A stretch of DNA of 63,703 bases, filler included, from Lenisia limosa (taxonomy: Eukaryota; Protista; Breviatea), in the NCBI GenBank assembly GCA_001655205.1. It is 9 parts of 9 records of this genome, joined end to end, with 100 filler letters (N's around TTAATTAATTAA, not from the genome) between each part and the next. Parts side by side here need not be neighbours in the genome. Positions count along the whole stretch, not along the records: positions 21,750 to 52,134 come from LPNZ01007841.1; 8 more parts are not named here. One strand, written 5' to 3'. The notes under the pieces were generated by a model. That model had not been told where the DNA came from and ran no database searches. It saw only the letters and a list, made by a program, of their open reading frames with translations. Shown here piece by piece: positions 36,701-47,000 of this stretch. Each line of letters starts with the position of its first letter. The stretch's first letter is position 1. The position numbers were made by a program, and so were the translations under genes.

Positions 36701-38553
36701 AGCTTTCTACGTATGTGCCTCAGTTAGTAATATAGTAATAGTACCTAGAGATGTGTATTGTGATTTGACCAGATTCGACCTATGATTGTTTCGACATATT
36801 GTGACCTTCAAGGCTGTTCTCATTGGTGATCCGAAGCAGCTGCCCCCAGTAATTCTGTTCGAAACCCCAGAGGTTGGTACACGGATCCTGAACTTGTTAT
36901 TTAGAGGAATCCGCTGAATTCGGTATTGGTCCCAATGCATTATTCTTACTGATAATCATCAGGTTAAGAAAGCAGGAGAATGCACCTTGTTTGAGCGCCA
37001 CCTTGGCAACAATCACGTTGTCATGCTTCAGATGCAGGTTGGCTGGCAATCAAAACAAAGTGGTCCTTAAGTTATCGATTGTAGTACCGCATGCATCCTG
37101 AAATATGTGAATTTCCTTCGAGAACATTCTACGACAACAAACTTCTCTCGCATCGGTGTACCAAACAAAACAACAGGTGAATGAAATGCATTTAAGTGGC
37201 TTGGAGATATCGATAAATCCTTGCTGTGTTATTTTTGCCACCTTTTGGTTTAATGTATATATAGCAAGCCTTTGGGTTTATTTGGTCCCCACGCATGTCT
37301 GAAATAGAGTTTGTACATGCAAAGTAGCTCTGCATCTTTCTGCCACAATTGCGCGCTGTGCTCGTATTGTCGTAACCCCCCCCCCCAGAGCCCTTGCAGT
37401 TGAAGGGATGAGCAAGTGTCGTCGTTTGTTTGTGGACTGCACTGGACAGGCTGTACACAAGTCGGTAGGCATAATGTGGAATTCCCATTGCTTCTGAGAC
37501 TAAGATTGTAGGACAAGATTGGAGATGCTAAGGCTAATTTGATGCTAGAGTCCTGAATATCATATCTAACATATCATATCGTATAATATATTATATCGTT
37601 ATCTTCATATTTGACATATAAATGAAGCTGCTATTTTGACTCAGCAAACTTACAATGCAGTCAGCTCAGAATCCGCTTGAAATCCTCGCTATCCAAAAAG
37701 AAATAACCTCAGTCTGCAACCTTGCCGAGGCAGAACTGGCTGAAAAAGTGGGGGCTTGTTTCCTCACGGAAAACTCTGACCACCCTCCATTGAAGATCCA
37801 CCACAGGGTTCTGTGATAACTCGGCATTTATGTTTACCGATGTAGTATCTCAGTGAAATTCTGAAGAGCGGTGTTCGAGGAGAGGACATCTTCATCATCA
37901 CACCTTATAGAGCCCAGGTTTGCTCGTATCGGAATGTTTGAAAATTACTGCCGATTGTGATATATGCTCATAGAATAGAAGGATAGAATCACTCCCTTTG
38001 CAGGTTGAACTCCTGAAGCTTGTGACTCAGGGAGTGTGTGACGCCTACAAAACTTCGGTTGGCTCTCTGGATCCAATCCACTCTTTTTGTTAGTTTCTGC
38101 AACCCAAGGTTTTAATCCAAGATAGGTCCACATTGGCACAGTCCATACGGCACAGGGCAGCGAAGCGGCCTTCGTGATAATGTCCCTTGTCCGGAGCGAG
38201 AAAGGCAACCTCGGCTTTATTGAGAACGGTTGGGTGGATAGCAAGAGAAATGAATAATGGTTGCTTTGTTGATCTGATCATTTAGATCACATGACGAATG
38301 TTGCATTGACCCGTTCCAAGGATGGCCTTATTGTGGTAGGGCTAGGGGGCGAGTAATAGTATACCATACCATATCTGATAGCATATGCTATAATATGACT
38401 TCACCCCACAAAGATACATGTACTTAGGCCATCTTGAGGATCGTAATGTGTCACACACTGACAACATAGATCGGTCGAAGAGACGCAGTGGTTCATTACA
38501 CCACATGGAAGAAGTTCATAGGGGACTGTCACGACAAGGGGCACTACCGCTAA
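21762..38553 (+). CDS. HELZ2 (PRIC285)-like protein: CCCH-like Zn finger, SF1 (UPF1-like) helicase 1, RNB (RNase II/R) domain, SF1 helicase 2; 5' end at contig edge; one in-frame TAA
   Basis: Many short GT-AG exons. ZF-like FKLCHKKMHHSGWKRCSFTHTLTEMK/AW (23531-23610). Helicase 1: LNQEQRNSV, VVTGSFGTGKT (26007-26030), VLVCTYNNSTAD, IIVDEAA*CLE, RILLLGDHKQ, NYRSVPEIV, ATVNGVQG, GFLSN/ANNFNTAVSRAR. RNB: AIDPENCTDRDDAI (31097-31168), VSVAVTDVA, SLYPPCADKIQMLP, IVEHFMIAAN, FHFSIGGQSPYATWTSPLRRYTDIVNMRIL. Helicase 2: LDQYQQKAV, MIWGPPG/TGKT, LYAATSNKAVD, VIVDEA, LIGDPKQLPP, YRMHPEICEFPSRTFY, IITPYRAQ, GTVHTAQGSE, NVALTRSK, ...WKKFIGDCHDKGHYR* (TAA 38551-38553). Confidence 0.88.
24225..24336. repeat. 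~27-bp intronic tandem repeat (catgaacatttagcttctgttactct)
   Basis: 4-5 adjacent copies visible. Confidence 0.85.
24445..24495 (+). repeat. Family C repeat 3' end
   Basis: gcgtgatggtatggacggcttcggccagatacacc. Confidence 0.7.
30432..30566. repeat. 21-23 bp tandem repeat (aagggtacgggcggtcaattt) starting at a splice donor
   Basis: About six copies; the first overlaps the end of the ...FAPINPR exon. Confidence 0.9.
31395..31481 (-). pseudogene. Degenerate tRNA-like sequence in HELZ2-like intron
   Basis: Minus strand: 7-bp acceptor GCCATTT/GAGTGGC directly after a 5-bp T-arm CGAGG-GATCGAG-CCTCG, then a T run. D and anticodon arms are irregular, so no isotype is assigned. Confidence 0.35.
33835..33945. 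repeat. 33-bp tandem repeat including exon end and donor (ggggctgtattctgtcttgatcactgcaaagt)
   Basis: Three full copies plus a partial one. Confidence 0.9.
36177..36276. mobile_element. Family A hAT-type MITE
   Basis: TIRs agggcttcacttcg / cgaagtgaagcccta; flanks cttgaagc / cttgaagt. Confidence 0.85.
36626..36700 (-). repeat. Family C interspersed repeat (reverse)
   Basis: ggttgtatctctccaaagccgtccac...cccaatcatttgccttacaactctgtgcac is the reverse complement of the 16477 and 5749 copies. Confidence 0.75.
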
Positions 38554-39076
38554 AGCAACTCACGTGGAATGGTAGATGTTTTTTGGTGTTTTATTATTGT
38601 TTCTATTATTTTGAGTGTAAGATTGTTAGGTTTAGATTATCGGTTTTGGGTAATATTCGGGATTCCCATAATGTAAATATGGTAATTCCAACGCTTTCAC
38701 AAGAAACCCGAGTCGATGTGCTGTAGTGTTATAAGTCAATTTATCAGCTTGGTACTGGTTTGGTATGATTTCTTGAGGTTTCGCGAACTCCATGCCTTCG
38801 AAACTCGGCGGAGGAATTATGCCCGGTGCGTACTGGGAGAACGTTTGAAGCCGAGTCCAAAGTCTTGCCAAAGTCCAAAGGTCCAAAGCACCCAAACACC
38901 CCGCTAAAATTGAAATAAATACGTTGTAAATATTTAATTACAATCATCTCACAGCAATCTCATAATATCTCAGGAAGGAGAGCTTGCGGTTCGGTAATCA
39001 GTGGGCTTCCGATTTAAGCCCTGAGTTTGTATTCCGACCCTTATTTATTCAAAACCAAAGATAGCTTGAGTTTGCA

Positions 39077-42000
39077 GGGCTGACGGTATCCTTTTGCGAC
39101 ATGCCAGGGGCTCTGGAGTCCCTAGGGGGCATTGAAAACCTCTCTGCGTTCCCTGTTGCCTCTCTTCTTGGTTTCGATCCTCTGAAGACTGCCTTACAGG
39201 CCATATTTGAAGCCCTCGCCCTTCAGGTATGTTTCTTACATTACCATATTTTTTTACATTACAAGCCCGTTTTGCATGCTGAGTGGCATTAACAAGAAAA
39301 AAACATCCTTTAATCAGCATGAATGTGTTTAATCACGTCTGGCTGACTTATCACAACCCCTAAAATATCAAGCCTTATGATCTGCTTTATCATTTCTATT
39401 CCCTCATTCTACCCATACTCCAGTTTCTGCTGTCATAGTAACTATTACCTCACAATAACCTAGTTTATGCTCCCCCATACCCTCGTGTGTCTTACCTTTG
39501 CTGTTGTTTTGATGGATGTTGTTACGAGTTTATCATTACAAACCTTCTCGTTAATTCTGGTCAAGTCTTTACATGTGGGCTCAATAGAGTTGATTTGTTA
39601 CCGGTTTATCGTTTGTTTCATACCTTTTCCTTTTTTTTATCTCGCTCTCTCTTCACTCCCCCCCTCCAGAACAAGAAGAACACAGTGCTGCAGAATGAGC
39701 TGAACGAGCTGCGCGACCGGCCCTCTGAATCCGCCGCTCTTAGAGAAAAGGTGCGTAATTGGGGGTGATGTACCTAGCGCGCGGACCCCTGCGTCTGAGG
39801 GGATAGTCAGTAGTTGTTTTGTTTTTGTACGTACATGGTAATGGTGATATTTACTGATGTAGGTGGTGGCATTGGAGGCCTTACAGGACCAGTTGAGTGA
39901 TAGAGTGACGCATATGAACACTGTGGGAGGGATGTCCCTCTTCCTGCTCCCATTCTACTAATCCACTCCGTTTGTCTATTAAAAGAATGAATAATTAAAA
40001 GAATGAATGTTACAATCCGTATTAATGGCGTTGACGATTCTGTAGGCGTTAACAAGCCGTATTCAGGGCTTAGAGAACCGAGCAGGCCAGTTGGCGGATG
40101 AATCAGCCCAGATCAAGTGGGTCATCTTTGTAGACTTGTTTGAATGAGTTGACTGGAATAGGCGAGCCACAGACTCGTGTGAAGAGCGAATATCCAAGTG
40201 AGTGTACTCGCATAACCATTTTCACTTCCAACCAAACTTGACTTGTTGTCACCTTGGCTCTACCTCCTTACCCCTCCTGCAGGTTGGAGTCAGCTCTTCA
40301 CGCCATCCCTTCTGCAGAGACAATCAGAGAAGAAAGTGGGTCCTGGGGTGGGGGGGGGGGGGACCTGNNNNNNNNNNNNNNNNNNNNNNNNNNNNNNNNN
40401 NNNNNNNNNNNNNNNNNNNNNNNNNNNNNNNNNNNNNNNNNNNNNNNNNNNNNNNNNTTGCCGTGTTGCCGTGTTGCCATTGTGATTGGAGGCGTTAAGG
40501 ACTGTTCTGTTTTAGTCGACCATCATGAGAGTTGTCACTGACAGTGGCAGTGGAGAGCATCGCTTCAACCGCGGGCCGGGCCTTGCAGCAGTCGCGCCAA
40601 GCCAAAGATGGCGTTGATGGGCTAGCAAGGGAAATGGCTGACATGCGTATTGAGCTAAGGTGGGTTCACCCACCATGTGGACAATTAAGTTGTTATATCG
40701 TGGATGTATTGAGTGTTGTTATATCGTGTATGTTCCATTCATTGCATTCAGACAGTCAGACGAAGCTGCCATTCATGCAAACACTGCCGTTGAGGAAGTG
40801 AAGGGGGGGGGGACATGTCAGGAGGAAAGAGCTGGCATGACGATACGTTAACGTCTTTAGGTCAGACAGTCGCTTTCGCAACTCTCCAACAAGCATAATG
40901 GGCCGACTGACAGATCACACGAAAGACAACCTGACAGGATACCTATTGCGCCCCCTGTTCCAAGGTACATTTCGATACATTTTGAATTTTAAAAAATAAT
41001 CACTGTCATACATTCTGGGTCTTTCAATGCGAACAGTATCCATGAATGCTAGATTTTCTGTTTACCCTCTTAGACCGCCTCCTACATCAGGAAGTGGCCG
41101 TGTGGTCAACGTATTGGTATGACTCATTTACGCATTTCTTGATAAGTGCTTTTGTGTCATTTTGGACTCAATGTTATAATAGTCATCATCGCTACTTTGG
41201 GTGGGCGCTGTGCTAACATTTCCAGACTGGGCCTTCTTCTGAGGCTATTGATGCGCTCAAATTGGCGCATTCCACACATGAGGAGCTGTCGGTTTGTTTG
41301 GGTTCAGTCTTCTCAGCAAATGACTCATTATTGACAGGACTTGTCAGAGAGGGTACTGGTCAACGAAACTTCTGTAGCACGACAGCAGCTTGCTATTGAT
41401 AGCTTGGCCACCCAGGTTTGGAGTCACAAAATCCGATTCACCAATAAGTACTGCCTCTAGTCCAGGCATCTCTATCCCTTCCATGTCCGTTTTGACATCT
41501 CCATCCTGCAGGTTCAAGATATGCGCATGATGCAGCAACTAGCCCCGGCCGCCCAGCAGAACGTCACATTCCGACCCACGTCCGCGTCTCGCGCAAGATC
41601 GTCCACGCCACCACCACCAACTTCGCGTGGGTAAAATGGGGGACACCACCAACTTTGCGTGGGTAAAATGGGGGACACCACCAACTTTGCGTGGGCAAAA
41701 TGGGGGACACCAACTTTGCGTGGGTAAAATGGGGGGATATGATGGTGACTATGGGCAATAATCCTTTTTCTTCATTGGCTCTTTTTGGGCTTGCTCACTG
41801 CCCAGACCTCCCACCACCATCACCCCGGAAAGATGGGGCTCCTGACGAGGCTCTCACGACAGCGCGCAACGCCAATGAAATGTCCCGCGCCCTATTGTCC
41901 AGAATCCAGCGTCTGGAGGCTCGGAGTGATGCTGTCGTGGGGGGGCCATATTGAGGGGGAGTTGATANNNNNNNNNNNNNNNNNNNNNNNNNNNNNNNNN

Positions 42001-43672
42001 NNNNNNNNNNNNNNTTGGACTTATCACTTTGTTGAGCTTCCTTCCTTCTTGTTTTGTTTGACTCGTGGGCCTGAGATGAGTCAATTCATCCCCCCCCCCC
42101 CTCAGGTACCTGGTCTTGCCAAGACCTACTCTGGCGGCAGTGACGAAGAGGGTGTCGCCAAGTTGCGGAAGGACCTCGATACCGTGATGCGGAAATCGAC
42201 AACTCTGTCGGAAATGCTCCAGGTGTGGGGGGGCAACATCGTGTCGTCTCCGAGCCGTCGGCAGGTTTTACAGCTTTTATTGTTGAAAGTCGGCAGCTTT
42301 CACAGTTATTGTTGAAAGTCACGTTTCAGGACCATTCAGTGACCATTGATTCTGTTAATGATAAAATGAGCGAACTAAAGGGCCAAGTTCAAGATGTGGG
42401 GGGGAGAGGTTCAAGCTGTGGGGACTACTCTCCATTGTGGGTGTGTCACGACCCGCTTTTGTCCCCCTTCACCCCGTAGATGGAAAATCAGAAGCCAAAC
42501 CACTCTGTCACGGATCACCTCAGAGAACAGCTCGAAAACATCAGTACGCTCACCGAGTGAATATTCGATGTGTTCTTTTGCTTTTGACAACCTCCTATGC
42601 ATGTTTATCCCGCAGGCCTAGATATGGATGACGTTGAAAGAGCAGTCACACAGTTACAGGTAATGGGCTATTAGGTCACACAGTGGGGCTATTCAACGTA
42701 TTAGGAATTTCTCTCCTATTCCACAATTTCTCTTCTGAATAGAGGCTCTCCTATTCCACAATTTCTCTTTTCATGGAGGCAATACATAACTCACCCAGAA
42801 ACGGATGACAGCCGCAGCGTCAAAGAAGTCTGTTCAGAGGGTAGAAGAGTACCTATTGAGCACTAAAGAAGGCCCCTTAGCTGCTACTAAGAGGTTAGGT
42901 GCATCTTAACGATGATGTGGTTCACAACCCCCAGGTACCGCTGTATTTCATGTGGAAATGAGTCAAACATCGCGGGACAAAAGCCCTCATTCTACTCGCC
43001 ACAGTAGGCTGGGAACTTGGCTTGTTCTGTTTCATTAGTAATAACTTACAGCAGTACAATGGTTTGAAATTGCGTATAGTTTGATCACCCCCAGGGTGCC
43101 ACCATCCAACCCGCTGCCGCAGGTCTTCGATGCCTTGACAGGCAGCACTGCGGGAGGCGCAGACGTGCAGCTTGTTGGCCTTGACGGCAGGTCTTATCGC
43201 GGCCAAACGCCAAGTAGACGGTGCAGGGGCAAACGCCAAGTAGACAGTGCAGGGGCAAACGCCAAGTAGACGGTGTAGTGGCAAACGCCAAGTAGACGGT
43301 GCAGGGGCAAACGCCAAGTAGATGGTGTAGTGGGGTGAAGGGGGGGGGGGGGCNNNNNNNNNNNNNNNNNNNNNNNNNNNNNNNNNNNNNNNNNNNNNNN
43401 NNNNNNNNNNNNNNNNNNNNNNNNNNNNNNNNNNNNNNNNNNNNNNNNNNNNNNNNNNNNNNNNNNNNNTACTATACTTCCGCGTGATTTAGTTCATTTT
43501 CAGCTCAGATCAGCAAATATCATAATCCTCTAATCTGCAGCCTGCAATGATGGTCAAGCCTTTGACGTTTTAGGCCTCGAACGGCAGGTTCACATATGGG
43601 CGATATGTCGTTTGCTGGCGAGTCAGTGTACCAAACCCCTAGGAGGTTAGCAAGGAATGGCATTATGATCTA
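39077..43672 (+). CDS. QRICH2/DUF4795-like coiled-coil protein (cilium-associated family); start and stop approximate
   Basis: Coiled-coil exons (NTVLQNELNELRD, ALTSRIQGLENRAGQLADE, KLRKDLDTVMRK, DMDDVERAVTQLQ), then YRCISCGNE (~42935) and DVQLVGLDGRSYRG (~43165), matching the remembered C-x-S-C and GLDGxxYxG motifs of QRICH2-type C-termini. Confidence 0.65.
41625..41735. repeat. ~30-bp tandem repeat copying exon end and donor (caccaccaactttgcgtgggtaaaatggggga)
   Basis: Four copies visible. Confidence 0.9.
43200..43332. repeat. 26-bp tandem repeat copying exon end and donor (ggcaaacgccaagtagacggtgcagg)
   Basis: Five copies; the long ORFs here derive from the repeat. Confidence 0.9.
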
Positions 43673-43677
43673 ACTAG

Positions 43678-43732
43678 TTCTCGATAAATATCGATATTTA
43701 AACGGTCTTTTTCAGACCACAGGGAAGCCCTT
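43678..43732. mobile_element. Family A MITE, partial
   Basis: ttctcgataaatatcgat...accacagggaagccctt. Confidence 0.7.
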
Positions 43733-43886
43733 GATATAACCCAATAGACCGCCGACCGTGCCCAATGCCCCGGAGGTAGGGGCCGTTTCAATGACCCCCA
43801 TTCAGCAGTAGGTGTAGTGTGATGTTTTGATAGTTTTCGGTAGTTTTGATTCAGCTTTCTAGACCTTTTTTGGACCGAGTGTTGTA

Positions 43887-43963
43887 CACTGACCGGGTAA
43901 GTCCTGACCGATTAGCTATGTGATTTCCTATTGAAAATCGGTCAAGACTTATCCCAGTATCTA
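43887..43963. mobile_element. Family B MITE
   Basis: ta-cactgaccgggtaagtcctgaccgatt...aaatcggtcaagacttatcccagt. Confidence 0.8.
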
Positions 43964-44038
43964 TATCCTTAAATTGATGGTTGGTGATAAGACAGATTAA
44001 ATATGCTACTATACAAAACCTAGACCATGGAATTCTAA

Positions 44039-47000
44039 TTACTCCTCGGTGAGAAGACACAACGATTGAAGCGTCCAGGTAAATCCTGAGGTGTCAGAGC
44101 TGGTAATTGCGGTAATTGTGGTAAGGACTAGCATACCTGGTGAAAGGGACGGGAGAAGAACAATTGCTATCCGGTTGCTGTGAAAGCCTGACGTTGCAGT
44201 CATCTAAAGGATAAGCTCATATCGATCTGATGGGCCTCCAAACTCAAGTCCGCATGCCCGACATTTTATCAGTACCCCCCCCCCCCCNNNNNNNNNNNNN
44301 NNNNNNNNNNNNNNNNNNNNNNNNNNNNNNNNNNNNNNNNNNNNNNNNNNNNNNNNNNNNNNNNNNNNNNNNNNNNNNNNNNNNNNNNNNNNNNNNNNNN
44401 NNNNNNNNNNNNNNNNNNNNNNNNCAGGCCTGGGAGGGGGGTGAGAAGTGCCGATAATGAGAAACAGAACGTCAAAATATAAAGAATCAAAATATAAAGA
44501 ACCAAAATATAAAGGACGGTTAGGAACAACAAAATAATAGGACGCTGTTAGGTACCCAATGCTGTGTGCCACTCGAAATACAAAGTCCAAGACACCCACA
44601 GTTGAGGTTCTGAGGAATGGGCACGGGTTTGAAGAGTAAAACGGGCATGGCAGCTGACGCACAGGCACCGCCAACTACAAGGGTTAGCAGGGGGACTTCT
44701 CTGGTGATCCTAAACCCCCGATTTTTGACCCATTCCCACCAGGAGCCAAGCAGCCGCGGCCAGAGTCCCATAGGCCTCCCTCCAGGGTCAGGCCCGATAC
44801 GTACACTCCCTGGGGTGTAAGGTGCTATGCGACTCTTTGCATTAGTTACACTAGTAGCATCAAAAGGCTTACCTCGGGAGGCGGGGCTGGGATGTGGGAG
44901 GCCTCAGCAAATGAGGTGACTTCACAGGTGAGCACCACTTTCTCAACCTAAATTGTGATCAGCCTTCACCTTTGAAATCGTGATGAGGAGTGAATAACCC
45001 ACGCAGTCACTACCCTAATCCCGAGACCATATAGAACCCCAATTACCCAAGACCAGAGAGAACCCCGAGTACATTATCCCAAGACCATAGAGAACCCGGG
45101 TACATTATAATCATGAAGTCGACTGTAGTGCTGGCGTAAAGCTGTGAGGACACCCTAAAACCGTGGTAAGATAAGCTGGGGTCGAACAAACAGAAAACAC
45201 AACTAAAATGTATGAAACATGCCAAGCTCAGAACCTGGTTCATAACACCGTTGTTTCGAAAGAGACCCATATGGTGTGCGATGTTTGACCCTTGACTAGC
45301 TCCCACCTGTGGGAAGAACAAAGCGGACAAGAGCAAGGAGTTAGGCGGCGTGGAGCTGAGCCACTTCTCAATGTGACTTATGGATCTTACGATCTTGGTC
45401 ATCCATTCGCTGAGTGAAAGGTTGGACTGGGGGGCTGCTTTTCGCCACAATGGTGGAACCTGCGTGTTAGTCCCCATATGGCAAAAAAGGAATTAACCTG
45501 CGTGTAAGTCCCCTTATGGCAGGAAAGGAATTCCTATGCCACACTCACCTTGTTAAACCTGAGCGCTTGGATGATATCGAAGGCCGCAGGGGAAAAGGCT
45601 TGCTTCCCTGCCAACACCTGTACAACATGGCTGATGTCCCTTCGCAACAATTCTACAAGGTAAGGGACGAGAATTCAGGGAGCAAAAGAGCGATAGTGTC
45701 GCGAATAGCACTCCCTCCCACGCAAGAGGTTATTGAAGAGGGCTGCTTCGTTCCGAATGACCGAGGTGAAGGCACGTGCGGCAAGGTCGCAACCGCTCGC
45801 AGTGTCTCCTGGGGGGGGGGGTGATGCATCGTTTCAGGATTACGTAACATTGTTACTTACTGCTCCTGATTATCACCACCACTGTAGTAGGTGTCAGATT
45901 ATTCGGTTCGTGATTAGTACCTTTACGCCAATATTCTTTACGAGATTTCCTTCGTCCCACCCACTATAGACAGGCGGGATCGACACAGCATTTGGAGTTC
46001 TACTCAGAAGATCGTCACACGTGTTTTGCACCTGACGGACCTGTTAAGTCAGGAAGGCAATCGTACCCATTGTGCTGCATAGTCCCCCGCCCCACATAGT
46101 CAGCCTCCACATTTCCTGCTGCTCTGTCGGCGGCCGCTTGGAGGTCCGCTGTCACGAGGTCGTCAATAAGCCTACTCGATATGTCCCTATTTGGTCAGAT
46201 ATCCCTATGACGCAAGAGCGTACCTTGCAGCAAGAGCGAGAGATGGTTTGCCCAGGCCGGCTGCGGCGATATCGTCCAAGTCCATGAGATTGGCTACGTA
46301 CGTCCTGAATTGTCACGTGTTAACTTAATGAAGCAGACCCTGGGATCCCCTAATATCCCTAATCACCTTAGATCATCAAGATCGCAGTCAGCCGGCGGCG
46401 GGGGTGGCATACCAGCAACTTGAGTCTGGACCAATGAGACTATATGTTATGATTACATGTACTATGTAGGAAAGCCCAAAGATGGTTAATCACTTATAGA
46501 TCTCTGATCACAATCTTACTCACCGGCCAAGGAGCGTGACCAAATAGGCCCTCATTGAAGATGTTGTTGACAAGGGCTCGGAGCACTCGTTTGTCCATTT
46601 GGTCCCTCACCCGACCGCCATAGATGACCTATTCTGTCAGCTTCATGCAGAGCAGCATTCATCATAGAGAAAAATTCAATACAGTACTAAGAGGAAACAT
46701 ATCGTAAACACATCACCCAACCTCGGAAAGCATGAACCGTGTACCCTCAAGAGAGAGTTCACCAGACTCCTCCATCAGACTGTGGAGGGAGCTGCAGAGT
46801 CTGATTAAGACACAACAAGGCATCAAAGAACACAATTACAGGCTTAAAGGCTTGGTGTGATATTTGTGAAGGTAAGCAATACTTCCCCTCGCACCCAAGG
46901 GCTATATGAAGGTCCACAGTGCTCCACATAAGAGGCTCAACCCACCCTCGCGGAGGGAATTCTATATGTTAAAAAGGCCATTGAAGAATACTGCCCATAT

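Noticed and set aside
36782-36786. TGA in frame upstream of AVLIGDPKQ in helicase 2
   Set aside because: Exon structure after VDEA cannot be resolved (gap at 36558-36611 and a family C insertion), and an acceptor at ttcaag|GCT would leave the TGA intronic.
38560-43300. Coiled-coil exons as a C-terminal extension of the HELZ2-like gene
   Set aside because: Helicase 2 ends with the typical W..(F/L)I..C segment and TAA at 38551-38553; the downstream exons form a distinct QRICH2-like protein.
30432-43332. Short repeat arrays as possible CRISPR arrays
   Set aside because: Head-to-tail tandem repeats with no unique spacers, no cas genes, eukaryotic context.
44204-44206. Apparent in-frame TAG near the dynein C-terminus (RYELIL*MTATS)
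   Set aside because: It is the acceptor AG (ctttag|ATG) of the exon encoding MTATSGFHSNRIAIVLLP; gives no support for recoding.
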